Below are positions 27,196-36,970 of a stretch of 55,975 nt of DNA, one piece after another (the stretch's first letter is position 1; each line of letters starts with the position of its first letter). The translations under genes were made by a program, and so were the position numbers. Under the pieces are notes generated by a model. That model had not been told where the DNA came from. It saw nothing but the letters and a program-made list of their open reading frames with translations, and searched no databases. This stretch comes from an uncultured Myxococcota bacterium (GTDB lineage: Bacteria > Myxococcota_A > UBA796), in contig CBFICN010000004.1 of the NCBI GenBank assembly GCA_965661045.1, positions 1-55,975 of the forward strand, given 5' to 3'.

Positions 27196-28605
27196 TTACT
27201 CGACAATGTGTAGGCGCATTGGAGCATCAATGGTGTCTCCTTTCCATTCTATCTGAATGTCGGCATCTTGCCACATTGGATCTTGGAAATCTGTGACGTC
27301 TACAATCGTTGTCTCGAGACCTCTGCGTCGCAGATAGGGCTCTAGATGAGATCTCCAAGGGTGTGTGGTTTGAACAGAACAGGGAATGTTGGGTGATCCC
27401 TTGATGACAATTTTTTTGGGCTTACCAGAACTTTGAATCTGTGAGGCAATTTGGGCAAGGTGTCCATCGTTGGAGTTGGGTGGACGCATCCAAACTTGTG
27501 GGCAACCATCGTCTACCGCTGAAAAGACAGTTTCGGTATAGGCTTGCTGAACTTGTTGTTGAAATGGGTGGACTGTGTGTAAGTAAACCGCGAACAACCC
27601 AAGGAGCGCGCTCTTTGGAGTGTGTGAACTGTCATGCCACAAATGGCTGAACCACAGACCGGTTACTGGCAACCATGCCAACATCAATCTCGGGTATTGT
27701 TTGGGCAGGAGCATGAACACAACCAAAGTACCGGTCCAAACCCACAGCCAGATTGGAATTTGTGTTTGGTTAACCTTTTTCCAACCAAGAGCCAGTGGTA
27801 AAACTAGGATGCCCAGACAATAGAAGAGTGTAGTGGGTGGGAATAGCAATTGGGTCAAGAGTGGGGCCTCGACTTTGCCTTCAGCGCTGCTGAGTAAGTA
27901 GGAAGATTGAAGGTCAATTTGGCCAACCGTCCAAGGAACAAGGATGATGCTGGCCACGATGAGACCGAGTACGCCGTGTTGGCGATGGGTTCGTTTGGTC
28001 AACCAAATGGTCCCAACCACGAAAGGACAGACGAGAAGCATCGTTTGCTTGGTGAGCAGTCCCAGACCTAGAGAAACACCAATCACAGTCGCCATCTTCC
28101 AAGTGGGTTTATGGTACCATTCAACGGCTGCACATATGGAGAAGGTGGAACAGGTCACCATCATACTCTCAGGCATAAAATGTCGTCCCAAAGCGACGTG
28201 TAAGGGTATGGATAAAGTGAATATTAGGGCTGTTTCCCACTTGAAGCCCAATCGATGCGCCATTCTCGAGACAGCCAACGCAGTCACAAAAGGCCAAATG
28301 AGCAGGGCACCACGTACCAAAATGGATTCAGGTGGGATATTTCCGACGGTTTGGGTCACAAAACCCCACCAAGCACCCATCAAGCCAGCGAATAAGGGCG
28401 GGTACTCACCATAATTTCCTGTCCACACTTCCCAGAACCAATATCCGATGCCTTGGTCAACCCAGTGGTCTTTAAACAACTCCATGGCACCGACGTGGCC
28501 CTCTTCATCTCCATCTCTCAGTAGATGATCGTTGCCGATCCACCACAGATTGATGACCCACCAACTGAGCACGAAACTCAGTGTGCTTAAACGATGCCAA
28601 GCCAT
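27196..28605 (-). CDS. GT-C fold (ArnT/PMT-like) membrane glycosyltransferase
   Basis: Acidic DGDEEGH loop after TM1, YPPLF, FMPE, GLGLLTK, KQYPR; polytopic. Confidence 0.7.
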   Translation of the reverse strand: MAWHRLSTLSFVLSWWVINLWWIGNDHLLRDGDEEGHVGAMELFKDHWVDQGIGYWFWEVWTGNYGEYPPLFAGLMGAWWGFVTQTVGNIPPESILVRGALLIWPFVTALAVSRMAHRLGFKWETALIFTLSIPLHVALGRHFMPESMMVTCSTFSICAAVEWYHKPTWKMATVIGVSLGLGLLTKQTMLLVCPFVVGTIWLTKRTHRQHGVLGLIVASIILVPWTVGQIDLQSSYLLSSAEGKVEAPLLTQLLFPPTTLFYCLGILVLPLALGWKKVNQTQIPIWLWVWTGTLVVFMLLPKQYPRLMLAWLPVTGLWFSHLWHDSSHTPKSALLGLFAVYLHTVHPFQQQVQQAYTETVFSAVDDGCPQVWMRPPNSNDGHLAQIASQIQSSGKPKKIVIKGSPNIPCSVQTTHPWRSHLEPYLRRRGLETTIVDVTDFQDPMWQDADIQIEWKGDTIDAPMRLHIVE

Positions 28606-30431
28606 AAATAAATGAGAACCCCAATACAGCCTAAGCCAACGAAGAGTTGTTGGTGATTTCGACTTGGAATACAGGCTGAACTGGCGACAAAAATGGGTCC
28701 AGTACAGGCGACCAATGGCAAAAAGTAATGCGAAGGGTGGTGATCAATCGTACCCAACAGCAATCCATACCCAAGCACTGTCAAAAACAGTGGAGTGATC
28801 GCTTTGTTGTAGCGATTGAAGACAAAGGGGAGGCTCAAAATCAGCATTCCACCAGTGTAGAAACTCCACAGTTTGAAAAAACTTGGGATGCGTCGAAGTA
28901 GATCCAGCGGGTTAAAGTTGCCATGCCAGTGCTCTGGAAAGGTCTCGAAGTACAAAATGAACAACAAGTCTTCAGCGTCTCCCGTCAGCATCGCCAATCC
29001 AGAGACAACCATTCCCATGGCGATGGCGCTCCACAGCGTTTTGAGTCCACGTGTCAATCCATCGTTGTGGTTTTCTGTACCGGTGTATCGATGGGCCACA
29101 ATGAATATGGTTGCCAATATGGCACCCGGCCAGCGAAGGGCTTGTGCAAAGAGTCCCATGATTCCAAAGCGCACACTGTGTTGTTGAAAGATACTGATCC
29201 ACACATTGAGAATGGCGGCAGCAAAAAGAGAGTCGGGAAAGTTTTGGCTTCCCGGTTCAAACATCAGTAGACCGTGCACCATCATTAAAAGAGCGGGCAC
29301 TGCAAAGGCAATTCGAGTTGCCCTTGGAGCAATGATTGTTGTCAGGTGCAGAGACGATAGACCCACCAACAGCAAAACGTGTAAGAACAGCGCGCTGGCA
29401 CTGTTGAGATCGGGAGCGACCAAAATGTTGCTGGTGGTCAAAATCGGAGACCATCCGGGTGGTTGGTTCCAAGTAAAGCGACGAGTGGTGAGCATTTCGT
29501 TGGCCCACCGCTGGTTTTCCACTTGGTTGAGAAGCTGATAATAGTGGGTGTATCGAAGTTCTCCGTCACCATGGAGTGCCCAGACTGCGTCAGAAGAAGC
29601 CATCAAATAGACTCGATCTCCACTGACCGATAACTGTAGCTGTTCACCCGGTTGCATGTCAGCCCAAATCGAAATGGCGGCGACACCTTTGTTTAGATAG
29701 CGATCAACAGGCCCTTCTTCTGGACGCTCTTCGACAGATTGTAATACTTCGGCACGAGTGCCTTTTGCCGAAATATACGAGCCGACGGGTCCACGAACCG
29801 CAAGGGTGATGCGTCCGTTGACTCTTTGATCGGCGATGAGGGTTGGCGAAGGCGTTGTCGGAGTCATGGCAAAAGCACCAGCATCAACCCAGCCAAATGT
29901 TTCAGTCTCGGTCCAGAAATTTGCAGGCCGAAGGGGAACCAACTGATGACGGGGGTCATCGGCCCCTTCTAAATACCAATAGCCATCCAGCGGTCGTTGA
30001 ATATCGGTATTCTTCCATCCGATAAGCAACAGCAGTGCGAACAGCAGGCTTCCGACTCCAAACTTTTCACTTGGTGATATTGGGAATATGGGTTGGCGAT
30101 CTTTGCTGAGCCACAGACCGCATACACTCCACGATAAAGACAAACCCCAGATGATCCAGGGTAGGTTTACAGACTCTCCCAAGCCAGTTTCACGGATGAT
30201 GGCAATGTTGATCCAAGCGATTGCCATGGAAACCCAAGCAGCGTCAATCAACAATTGGATTGGTGATAAATGTTGATCGCGATGAATCCAGCAACTCCAG
30301 CCCCATCCCACACTCCAAAGAACCGTTGTGAGTCCAACGATGCCCATAATCCACCAAGACGCATCTCCCAAAAGGGCGATGGCCATGATCAAATGCAATC
30401 CCAATGGGTACAGCCAGTGTTTCAACATCAT
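28587..30431 (-). CDS. Polytopic membrane protein, probable GT-C-type transferase
   Basis: Multiple TMs flanking a ~190-aa periplasmic region; NQPPGW, FPDS, HYFLPL; overlaps the downstream GT-C gene. Confidence 0.5.
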   Translation of the reverse strand: MMLKHWLYPLGLHLIMAIALLGDASWWIMGIVGLTTVLWSVGWGWSCWIHRDQHLSPIQLLIDAAWVSMAIAWINIAIIRETGLGESVNLPWIIWGLSLSWSVCGLWLSKDRQPIFPISPSEKFGVGSLLFALLLLIGWKNTDIQRPLDGYWYLEGADDPRHQLVPLRPANFWTETETFGWVDAGAFAMTPTTPSPTLIADQRVNGRITLAVRGPVGSYISAKGTRAEVLQSVEERPEEGPVDRYLNKGVAAISIWADMQPGEQLQLSVSGDRVYLMASSDAVWALHGDGELRYTHYYQLLNQVENQRWANEMLTTRRFTWNQPPGWSPILTTSNILVAPDLNSASALFLHVLLLVGLSSLHLTTIIAPRATRIAFAVPALLMMVHGLLMFEPGSQNFPDSLFAAAILNVWISIFQQHSVRFGIMGLFAQALRWPGAILATIFIVAHRYTGTENHNDGLTRGLKTLWSAIAMGMVVSGLAMLTGDAEDLLFILYFETFPEHWHGNFNPLDLLRRIPSFFKLWSFYTGGMLILSLPFVFNRYNKAITPLFLTVLGYGLLLGTIDHHPSHYFLPLVACTGPIFVASSACIPSRNHQQLFVGLGCIGVLIYLWLGIV

Positions 30432-30666
30432 TCTACTCGGACAACAGGGTGTGTAATCGCTGTAACACCTTTATAAACTGTTGCCCCCATTTGAAACCGG
30501 ACTGAAACGCCAACACTTTGCGCACAGCTTACTGTGGACGATGCTGTGAACTGGGTTAAAACAGACATGCTGTCACGAACCAGTTGTTGAAGACCAAATG
30601 TCAGAAATGGGGTGTGTGGCACAATCTGTTTACTATTGTCGCTGTCATCACAGCATGGAGAACATA

Positions 30667-31176
30667 ATGATTTCAATTGGAAGTGCAGCCCCAGCGTGGT
30701 CCGCAGCCGCCTACAAAGATGGTGAGTTTACACAGTTGTCCAATGAGGACTTCAAAGGAAAATGGGTATTGATTTATTGGTGGCCATTTGATTTTACAGG
30801 CATTTGTCACTCTGAGATTTTGGGTTTTCAAGCCTTAGAAGCTGAGTTTGCTGAGGCAGGTGTGGAACTGTTGGGTGCGAGTTGTGACACCAAGTTTGCC
30901 CACCAGAAATGGTTTTCTGACGAGACAGCCTTTCCCAACGGTCAACCGGGACACGCAATGTTGGCAGACAACACCCACAAAATGACCCAAGACTTTGGAT
31001 TTTACTTTGAAGGTGCTGGATGTGCTGTGCGCGGTACTGTACTGATTGACCCCGATGGCATTGTCCGGTCTGCGGGCGCCAACTTCTTGAACGTGGCTCG
31101 GGACCCCAAAGATGCGCTTGTGACTGCTCGTGCTTTTGCCAACGGTGGAGCTTGTGCGTTGCCTGATCGTCAATAA
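30667..31176 (+). CDS. Peroxiredoxin (AhpC/Prx1-like, divergent)
   Basis: GKWVLIYWWPFDFTGICHSE (PxxxTxxC), SCDTKFAH..W, RGTVLIDPDG; GGAG RBS. Confidence 0.88.
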   Translation: MISIGSAAPAWSAAAYKDGEFTQLSNEDFKGKWVLIYWWPFDFTGICHSEILGFQALEAEFAEAGVELLGASCDTKFAHQKWFSDETAFPNGQPGHAMLADNTHKMTQDFGFYFEGAGCAVRGTVLIDPDGIVRSAGANFLNVARDPKDALVTARAFANGGACALPDRQ

Positions 31177-31184
31177 GATCTGTA

Positions 31185-31262
31185 GACAACATTGTACGGT
31201 TCTGTAGCGTTGTACGTATACAGAATCGGTTGTTTAAATGCCTTCCATGACGGTGGGCATTT
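31185..31262. terminator. Hairpins between convergent peroxiredoxin and prmC genes (probable bidirectional terminator)
   Basis: CGGTTCTGTA/TACAGAATCG stem (31197-31228) and AAATGCC/GGCATTT stem (31236-31262). Confidence 0.5.
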
Positions 31263-31277
31263 GTATTTTAGCAGACT

Positions 31278-32132
31278 TTATACTTTTCCACGAACAACCC
31301 GTTCAATCCCACCCAAATCTTTGTGAGTCGTGATCGAGTGTAAGTCAGATTGTTTCATGATGGCTTGGACTGAATTCGCTTGGTGAATTCCAACCTCCAC
31401 CGCAACACCAACGCGGGCCCGTTCTGCGGCCATTGGGATGAGCACATTGTACACATCCAATCCGTTTGCCCCACCGTCTAGCGCAATTCTGGGTTCGTGA
31501 ATGGATACTTCTGGTTCAAGGTCTGTGATGTCAGCCGAGGGAATGTAGGGAGGGTTGGACACCACCACGTCAATGGCTCTGTCCTTGGGGATGGAATCAA
31601 AGAATCGTCCCTTGAGAACGGCGACTCTGTCCTGCAGTCCGAGTTTTTCTACATTGGCTTTGGTACAGGCGATTGCATCTGGTGAAATATCGATTGCGAA
31701 TACCCTTACGTGGGGCCGTTTCTTGGCAATGGACAACCCAATACACCCAGACCCACATCCAATATCGGCAACAATCCAAGGTTTGTCATCCACTGGCTCT
31801 TCTGGAATGAGTTCCAGTGCCGCTTCAACCAGGGTCTCTGTATCGGGTCTTGGGCACAGCACTCCAGGTGTAACAATGAAATCATCGTCATAGAAGCCCC
31901 ATTCTCCAAGTATCCAAGCCATCGGCTCTCGATTGCCGCGTCGTTTCAAAAGGGGGCGCAACTGTTGAAGTTCTTTTTCTAGAAGGGGTTTGTCAAAATT
32001 CAGATAGAGATCCATTCTCGACATGTTCAGCGCGTGAGAAAGCAACAACTCCGCTTCGTATTTTGCAGATGCAACACCGTGGTCGGCAAGAAACTTGGCA
32101 CTGCGTTGAAGGACTGTATTCAGAGAAATCAT
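31278..32132 (-). CDS. prmC: Release factor glutamine methyltransferase
   Basis: RREP-like RRGNREPMAWILG, VLCPRPDTETLVE, DIGCGSGCI, VSNPPY, EPRIALDGG, KDLGGIERV. Confidence 0.96.
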   Translation of the reverse strand: MISLNTVLQRSAKFLADHGVASAKYEAELLLSHALNMSRMDLYLNFDKPLLEKELQQLRPLLKRRGNREPMAWILGEWGFYDDDFIVTPGVLCPRPDTETLVEAALELIPEEPVDDKPWIVADIGCGSGCIGLSIAKKRPHVRVFAIDISPDAIACTKANVEKLGLQDRVAVLKGRFFDSIPKDRAIDVVVSNPPYIPSADITDLEPEVSIHEPRIALDGGANGLDVYNVLIPMAAERARVGVAVEVGIHQANSVQAIMKQSDLHSITTHKDLGGIERVVRGKV

Positions 32133-33502
32133 CGATTTGTGGGGGCGAGGGTGTGAAGGAAATGGTGGGCGTGTTCTTTACCAATGCGAATGCAGTCTTT
32201 GACGGCGACTCCAAAAAGGTGATTTCCAGAGAGTCGAATGCTGTTTTGCTGCTGGTGAAACGCTGAAATTTGTTTTTGCAAAGACCAGTGGCCAAGTTTG
32301 TAGCGTGGGATTGCGCGCTCCCAACGTATCGTGTGGACGTGGGTTGTTGCAAGGTTTGGACAGTCAAATAGTGTCCGATGTGCTCGCAGGGCAATCTCTT
32401 CCAAGGTTTGGTTTGGTTCATCAACCAACTGTGGTGCAATCGATCCACCGAGAATGCTTCGGGTCATGACTGTGTGTTCATCACATCGATGTGGGTACAG
32501 GTGTGAGGAGAATAAAATGCCCAACAAACCACTTTGTTGAGATTCGCGATTCAGCAGTGCCCCAAATCCAGTCGGTGGATGGGTGAAATCGGATTTGTTG
32601 AACCGTTGCAACACGACTGCGACGGGAGAATACTCGATGCTGCGTTGTAGAGTGGCGATCTCTGGGTACACCGAGTCTAGTAGATCAGCCTGTACATTTG
32701 CGGGACAGGTTATGGCGAGGGCTTTGGCTTGTACGGTTCCGTTGGGGGTGTAGACAGTCCACTGGTGTGTCTGATCTGGATTCAAGGATAAGGCTTCCAC
32801 TGCATTGTTTGGGTATACAGGGTGTCCGTTTCGTTCAAGGTGCTGTGCAATATCCAGACACAGTTGATGGGTACCCTGTCTCAAGGAGGTCAAAGCGGGT
32901 GCTTTTCGATTGGGGTCTCTGAGCCTGGCGATCAACTGTCGCAGAATGGAACCTTGATTGGCCATTTGCCAGAGATTTGGAAAGGCGGCCCGAATCGATA
33001 GATGCTCAGGTTTGTCTGCATAGATGCCAGCACACATGGGGGCCAGAAAATTGTCGATGATCCCTTTGCCAAATCTCTGTTCCATAAAAGCAGCCATGGA
33101 AGGTTCTTCGACTGACTTGGGAGACCACAGCAGTTCGCGCAATATTCTCAGTTTTGACCACCATGACAGCAAGGGTGTGGAACGCAAAAGCAGTTTGGGG
33201 GACAAGGCGTGCAATGCATTGCGGTGTACCAAGTATCGTGTTGCTTGGTTGGTATTCGCCGGCGTAACGCGCTCTGTCGAACCGATGTGCTCAATGAGTT
33301 CGGCGACAGCGGGTTCACTGTCCAGCCACCCGTTGGCTGCTTCATCAAATATGGCCCCATCGACATTCATCGACTGCAACAGTCCACCAATGCTCGATTC
33401 TTTTTCTAGCACGCAGACCGACAATCCTTGACTGGCAAAAGCAGCCAATGACAATCCGGAGATCCCCCCTCCGATGATGCAGAGATCGACAGTTTCATTC
33501 AT
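32129..33502 (-). CDS. hemG: Protoporphyrinogen/coproporphyrinogen oxidase (HemY-type, FAD)
   Basis: IIGGGISGL FAD motif, GIYAD..LSIRAAFP, GFGAL, WERAIPRY..GH, GNHLFGVAVKDCI; ATGA overlaps at both ends. Confidence 0.9.
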   Translation of the reverse strand: MNETVDLCIIGGGISGLSLAAFASQGLSVCVLEKESSIGGLLQSMNVDGAIFDEAANGWLDSEPAVAELIEHIGSTERVTPANTNQATRYLVHRNALHALSPKLLLRSTPLLSWWSKLRILRELLWSPKSVEEPSMAAFMEQRFGKGIIDNFLAPMCAGIYADKPEHLSIRAAFPNLWQMANQGSILRQLIARLRDPNRKAPALTSLRQGTHQLCLDIAQHLERNGHPVYPNNAVEALSLNPDQTHQWTVYTPNGTVQAKALAITCPANVQADLLDSVYPEIATLQRSIEYSPVAVVLQRFNKSDFTHPPTGFGALLNRESQQSGLLGILFSSHLYPHRCDEHTVMTRSILGGSIAPQLVDEPNQTLEEIALRAHRTLFDCPNLATTHVHTIRWERAIPRYKLGHWSLQKQISAFHQQQNSIRLSGNHLFGVAVKDCIRIGKEHAHHFLHTLAPTNR

Positions 33503-34347
33503 GGTGCGGTACCGGTGGCGTCCCAAATGTGCTGACGCAGTAGACGCAACAAAAGGATGGAGTCGGAAACGTCGATCATGGAATGGAGATTCGGGTGCTG
33601 CAACGTAGGGTGTAGACTATCCTGCAAACCATACAAACCATCCACAAACCCGTACAGTATCGGTTCACTTTCAGGAATTGTCTTAAATGTGGACTGGGAG
33701 ACCGGGCCATTCACAATGAAGTGCACAGAGCAATTTGGAAACTGCTCGCCCAGCAATTGCTGCTGCATGAAACAGGCCTTTTCTGTTTCGGGACTCAATC
33801 CATTCCAATTGTCCAGCGTTCTGCGCACAATGAATACAATGTGTTGTAAGGGATCTTCTATATTTATTGTCAACAGGCTCTTACGCACCCACAAACTGAG
33901 GACCTCTACCCAGTCAGAATCCTCGGCTGGACGTCGAATGTCAATGTACTGATGTTTGTTTGCTCTCAAAGACTGTTGTATCAAATTGAGGCTTCGCAAT
34001 TCGAATGCAGAGGGAAATGCGCTGAGGGGAAACAGATGGAGTGTGCTTTTCGGTGCCAGTTGTTGTATGGCAGTGTTCAATTCGGGTGAACCAATTTCAT
34101 AGACTTTGCACCGAGCGTCGCCTCCCAAAAGCCGGTTTAGTTCGGGTGTAAAGTCGACAGTGGACGACCGTTCTCCCACCAAGCGAGTAAAGTGTGAACG
34201 GTTCCACCAGCAAAACCACCACCAAAGCCATCTCAGCCACCACGCCTGTTGTTCAGACCACGTCGTCTGCAGCTGTGCTTGTTCCGCCTCAACTGTATGG
34301 GGACTGGGTGGGCTCAATAGCCAAATGACTGGTGGATCCTTAGCCAA
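33499..34347 (-). CDS. Degenerate ferrochelatase-like protein, catalytic residues apparently lost
   Basis: Occupies the hemH slot between hemE and hemG; remnant motifs WLLSPPSP, WWLRWL, YEIGSPE..AIQQL, LFPLSAFPS, HIVFIVRR, GFVDG; TTG start with GGAG RBS overlaps hemE stop. Confidence 0.55.
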   Translation of the reverse strand: MAKDPPVIWLLSPPSPHTVEAEQAQLQTTWSEQQAWWLRWLWWWFCWWNRSHFTRLVGERSSTVDFTPELNRLLGGDARCKVYEIGSPELNTAIQQLAPKSTLHLFPLSAFPSAFELRSLNLIQQSLRANKHQYIDIRRPAEDSDWVEVLSLWVRKSLLTINIEDPLQHIVFIVRRTLDNWNGLSPETEKACFMQQQLLGEQFPNCSVHFIVNGPVSQSTFKTIPESEPILYGFVDGLYGLQDSLHPTLQHPNLHSMIDVSDSILLLRLLRQHIWDATGTAP

Positions 34348-35371
34348 CCGTACTCCAATCCCATTCGAGTACTGCATCGATGGCCGCTTGAACACCAGAG
34401 ATGGGCGTTTGGGGGGTGCACCCGTGTCCAAGATTGAAAATGTGTCCGGTTGGACCTGCCTCTTGGATGATGCGGTGTACCTTTTGTCGAATGACTTCTG
34501 GTGGTGCTTGTAGCGCAATTGGGTCTAAGTTTCCTTGGAGGGGAGCCGTGCCAAGAATGCTTTTGGCGTGTGACCAGTCGGCTCTCCAATCGAGCGCAAA
34601 GGCATCTGCACCCAATTGTGGGTAATAGTCAATGAAGCAGTGGCTGTCTCTTGAAAAATACAAAGTGGGCGCGCCAGAGACCATCGAAAAGACTTTTTGA
34701 ATCGATGGCAATGCAAATTGTACATAGTCTTCCCGACTCAATGCCCCGGCCCACGTGTCAAAGAGTTGTACGGCAACTGCACCCGCATTGATTTGTGCTT
34801 GTAGGTGCTTTCCGACTGCGACTGCGAGTTTGTCCATCAACTTTTTGAAAGCTTCTGGGTTGGACCACATAAAGTGTTTGGTGTGGTGCCAAGTTTTGGA
34901 CCCTCCACCTTCGATGAGGTAGCAAGCCAAGGTAAACGGGGCTCCAGCGAAGCCCAAGATCGGTTTGTCGGTTTCTTTTCTGCACAGGCGAATGGCTTCC
35001 ATCGGAGACGGGAGATCTCTTTCGGGCTCAAAATCCGTCAAGGCATCCACATCTTCGGCAGAACGAACGGGGTTGTCGATTTGTGGTCCTTTGCCTTCTC
35101 TGAAATGTAAATCTGCACCCATACAGTCGAGGGGCAATAGAATGTCGGAGAAAATAATTCCAGCATCAAATGGAAATCTACGCAGGGGTTGCAGGGTGAT
35201 TTCAGCAGCGATTTCAGGTGTGTAGCATCGCTCTAAAAATCCGTATTGTCGACGCAGTTCCATGTATTCGGGCAAATAACGACCCGCTTGGCGCATCATC
35301 CATACGGGTGGACGTGTTACTTTCTCTCTACGGAGAGCTTTGGCTATCAAGGACTGAGAATCATCATGCAT
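34340..35371 (-). CDS. hemE: Uroporphyrinogen decarboxylase
   Basis: PVWMMRQAGRYLPEY, AEITLQP, IIFSDIL, LGFAGAPFTLACY, QLFDTWAG, QGNLDP, HIFNLGHG. Confidence 0.97.
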   Translation of the reverse strand: MHDDSQSLIAKALRREKVTRPPVWMMRQAGRYLPEYMELRRQYGFLERCYTPEIAAEITLQPLRRFPFDAGIIFSDILLPLDCMGADLHFREGKGPQIDNPVRSAEDVDALTDFEPERDLPSPMEAIRLCRKETDKPILGFAGAPFTLACYLIEGGGSKTWHHTKHFMWSNPEAFKKLMDKLAVAVGKHLQAQINAGAVAVQLFDTWAGALSREDYVQFALPSIQKVFSMVSGAPTLYFSRDSHCFIDYYPQLGADAFALDWRADWSHAKSILGTAPLQGNLDPIALQAPPEVIRQKVHRIIQEAGPTGHIFNLGHGCTPQTPISGVQAAIDAVLEWDWSTVG

Positions 35372-35389
35372 ACAAACTCCAAGCATCAG

Positions 35390-36382
35390 TTGTTTCCTTT
35401 TTTAACCCAGTTTCTACCAGAGTGGGCAAAGAAATGGTGTCTACTGCCCATTCTCTCAACTTTTCTCTATCTTATTGGGTGGATGATGCCGTGGGAACAT
35501 CCCTTGTTGTACCCAGTTCAAACCATTTTATTGGTGCAACCCCAGTGGACGATGGTGCTTTGGCCATTGTGGACGTTCGTTGTCAGTCGAACGTGGACAC
35601 CAATCCTCAAATGGGGCACTCGTCTGCTGACCCTTCCGACACTGGTGTGGACACTGGGGGGCTTTGATCTGCACAATGACGCTGGCAACAGCACAGAGCA
35701 AATATTGATTGCCAATGTCAATGCCTATGCTGGAGAACAAGACATGTTGCAGGGGTACCTGTCCATGCTGGGTGTGTCCAAATTGGTTTTGGTGGAGAAA
35801 CGGGCAGAAGAAATTGCTGGATTGCGCCGTGCTGCCGATGACTTTGATACGGTGGTCAAAAAGCCGTCGCACCACACAGCCGTCTTTTGTGAAGGTGCGT
35901 GTCAAGCTTGGGTTTCACCACAGGTGGGCTCTACAACGATGTCCATGTCTTTGGCGTTGCTGTCTTTGCCAAAGCAAGTGTGTTTAATTGCGGTGCACAT
36001 TCCACCACCCACTCCGATTGATGCCACCGGTATGAGACCCTATGTAGAGTATGTGACGTCGGTTCTTGAAGACGGTCGCTTGTTGCGAGATTGGGAGGTT
36101 TGCTCAAAAGGGGACGCCGCAATGGTTGCAGGGGACTTCAATGCTGTATCCGGCAGTTGGACACACACTGAGTTGTTGAAGCACGGGCTGATCGATGCTC
36201 AACGCCACAGCGGCTTGTGGGGAGCAACGTGGCCTTCTGAGTCAAAGGATTTTGTGCAATGGCCAGTTTTTCGCATTGACCATGTACTGCACCATCCGAG
36301 TATATTGGTGTCTACGCAGCAAATTCGCATTCCACATTCCGACCACGAGGGCCTACTCTTATCCATTTCTGGCGTTGAATAG
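35390..36382 (+). CDS. Membrane-anchored endonuclease/exonuclease/phosphatase (EEP) family protein; start uncertain
   Basis: N-terminal TMs then IANVN, LVE, AVH, VAGDFNA, ATWPS, RIDHVL, SDH motifs. Confidence 0.78.
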   Translation: MFPFLTQFLPEWAKKWCLLPILSTFLYLIGWMMPWEHPLLYPVQTILLVQPQWTMVLWPLWTFVVSRTWTPILKWGTRLLTLPTLVWTLGGFDLHNDAGNSTEQILIANVNAYAGEQDMLQGYLSMLGVSKLVLVEKRAEEIAGLRRAADDFDTVVKKPSHHTAVFCEGACQAWVSPQVGSTTMSMSLALLSLPKQVCLIAVHIPPPTPIDATGMRPYVEYVTSVLEDGRLLRDWEVCSKGDAAMVAGDFNAVSGSWTHTELLKHGLIDAQRHSGLWGATWPSESKDFVQWPVFRIDHVLHHPSILVSTQQIRIPHSDHEGLLLSISGVE

Positions 36383-36388
36383 ACTGTC

Positions 36389-36970
36389 TTATGGTTGAAC
36401 GCTGATTCGGTTCAGCAGGGCGATCAAAATTTTGGCTTGATAGGCCGCATCGGCATCGGCACGATGCTTGGTGGTTTTGTCTTCGGGTGGCAAATTTAAG
36501 GGCCCCTGTATCTTTTCCTTGCTGGCTTCCAACCAGTGGGTACCCAACACGCCCATTGCCAATGCGCGGGTGTCCAGTGCTTTGTAGCCAAACGGATTTG
36601 GAATTTTCTCGGCTACAAAGGCGTAATTGACAAAGGACCAGTCAAATGGTGCATTGTGGCCAACGAAAATGGCGTGTGTGTGTGGGTCGCACTGTTTTTT
36701 GACCCAGGCTGCCAGTCGACGACAGGCTTCAGCTCTTGGCAATCCTTCACGGTGAAGTCGACTTTGGTCCAGTCCGTGAATGGCCGCCGCCGTACTGTCA
36801 AACCTTGGTGCTTGTGGCCGCATTTCTAGGTACAGCGATTCGCCAGAGACCGCTCTTCCATCGCGATTGTGCACACACACGGCTCCCAAAGAAACCATGT
36901 CGTAGAGTCCAGGTACTGGACCATTGCATTCGATATCAATAACAAAATAGGTTCCTCTTGCGGGTCTCAT
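36389..36970 (-). CDS. DEDDh 3'-5' exonuclease (DnaQ/RNase T-like)
   Basis: ExoI VIDIECNG, ExoII VGHNAPFD, ExoIII HRADADA; ATGA-coupled to dnaX. Confidence 0.88.
   Translation of the reverse strand: MRPARGTYFVIDIECNGPVPGLYDMVSLGAVCVHNRDGRAVSGESLYLEMRPQAPRFDSTAAAIHGLDQSRLHREGLPRAEACRRLAAWVKKQCDPHTHAIFVGHNAPFDWSFVNYAFVAEKIPNPFGYKALDTRALAMGVLGTHWLEASKEKIQGPLNLPPEDKTTKHRADADAAYQAKILIALLNRISVQP

Noticed and set aside
34348-34518. Long N-terminus of the 339-aa ORF overlapping hemE
   Set aside because: Deep overlap with the conserved hemE 3' end; TTG at 34347 with GGAG RBS is more plausible
35246-35389. Upstream extension of the EEP ORF
   Set aside because: Overlaps the hemE start and RBS on the opposite strand
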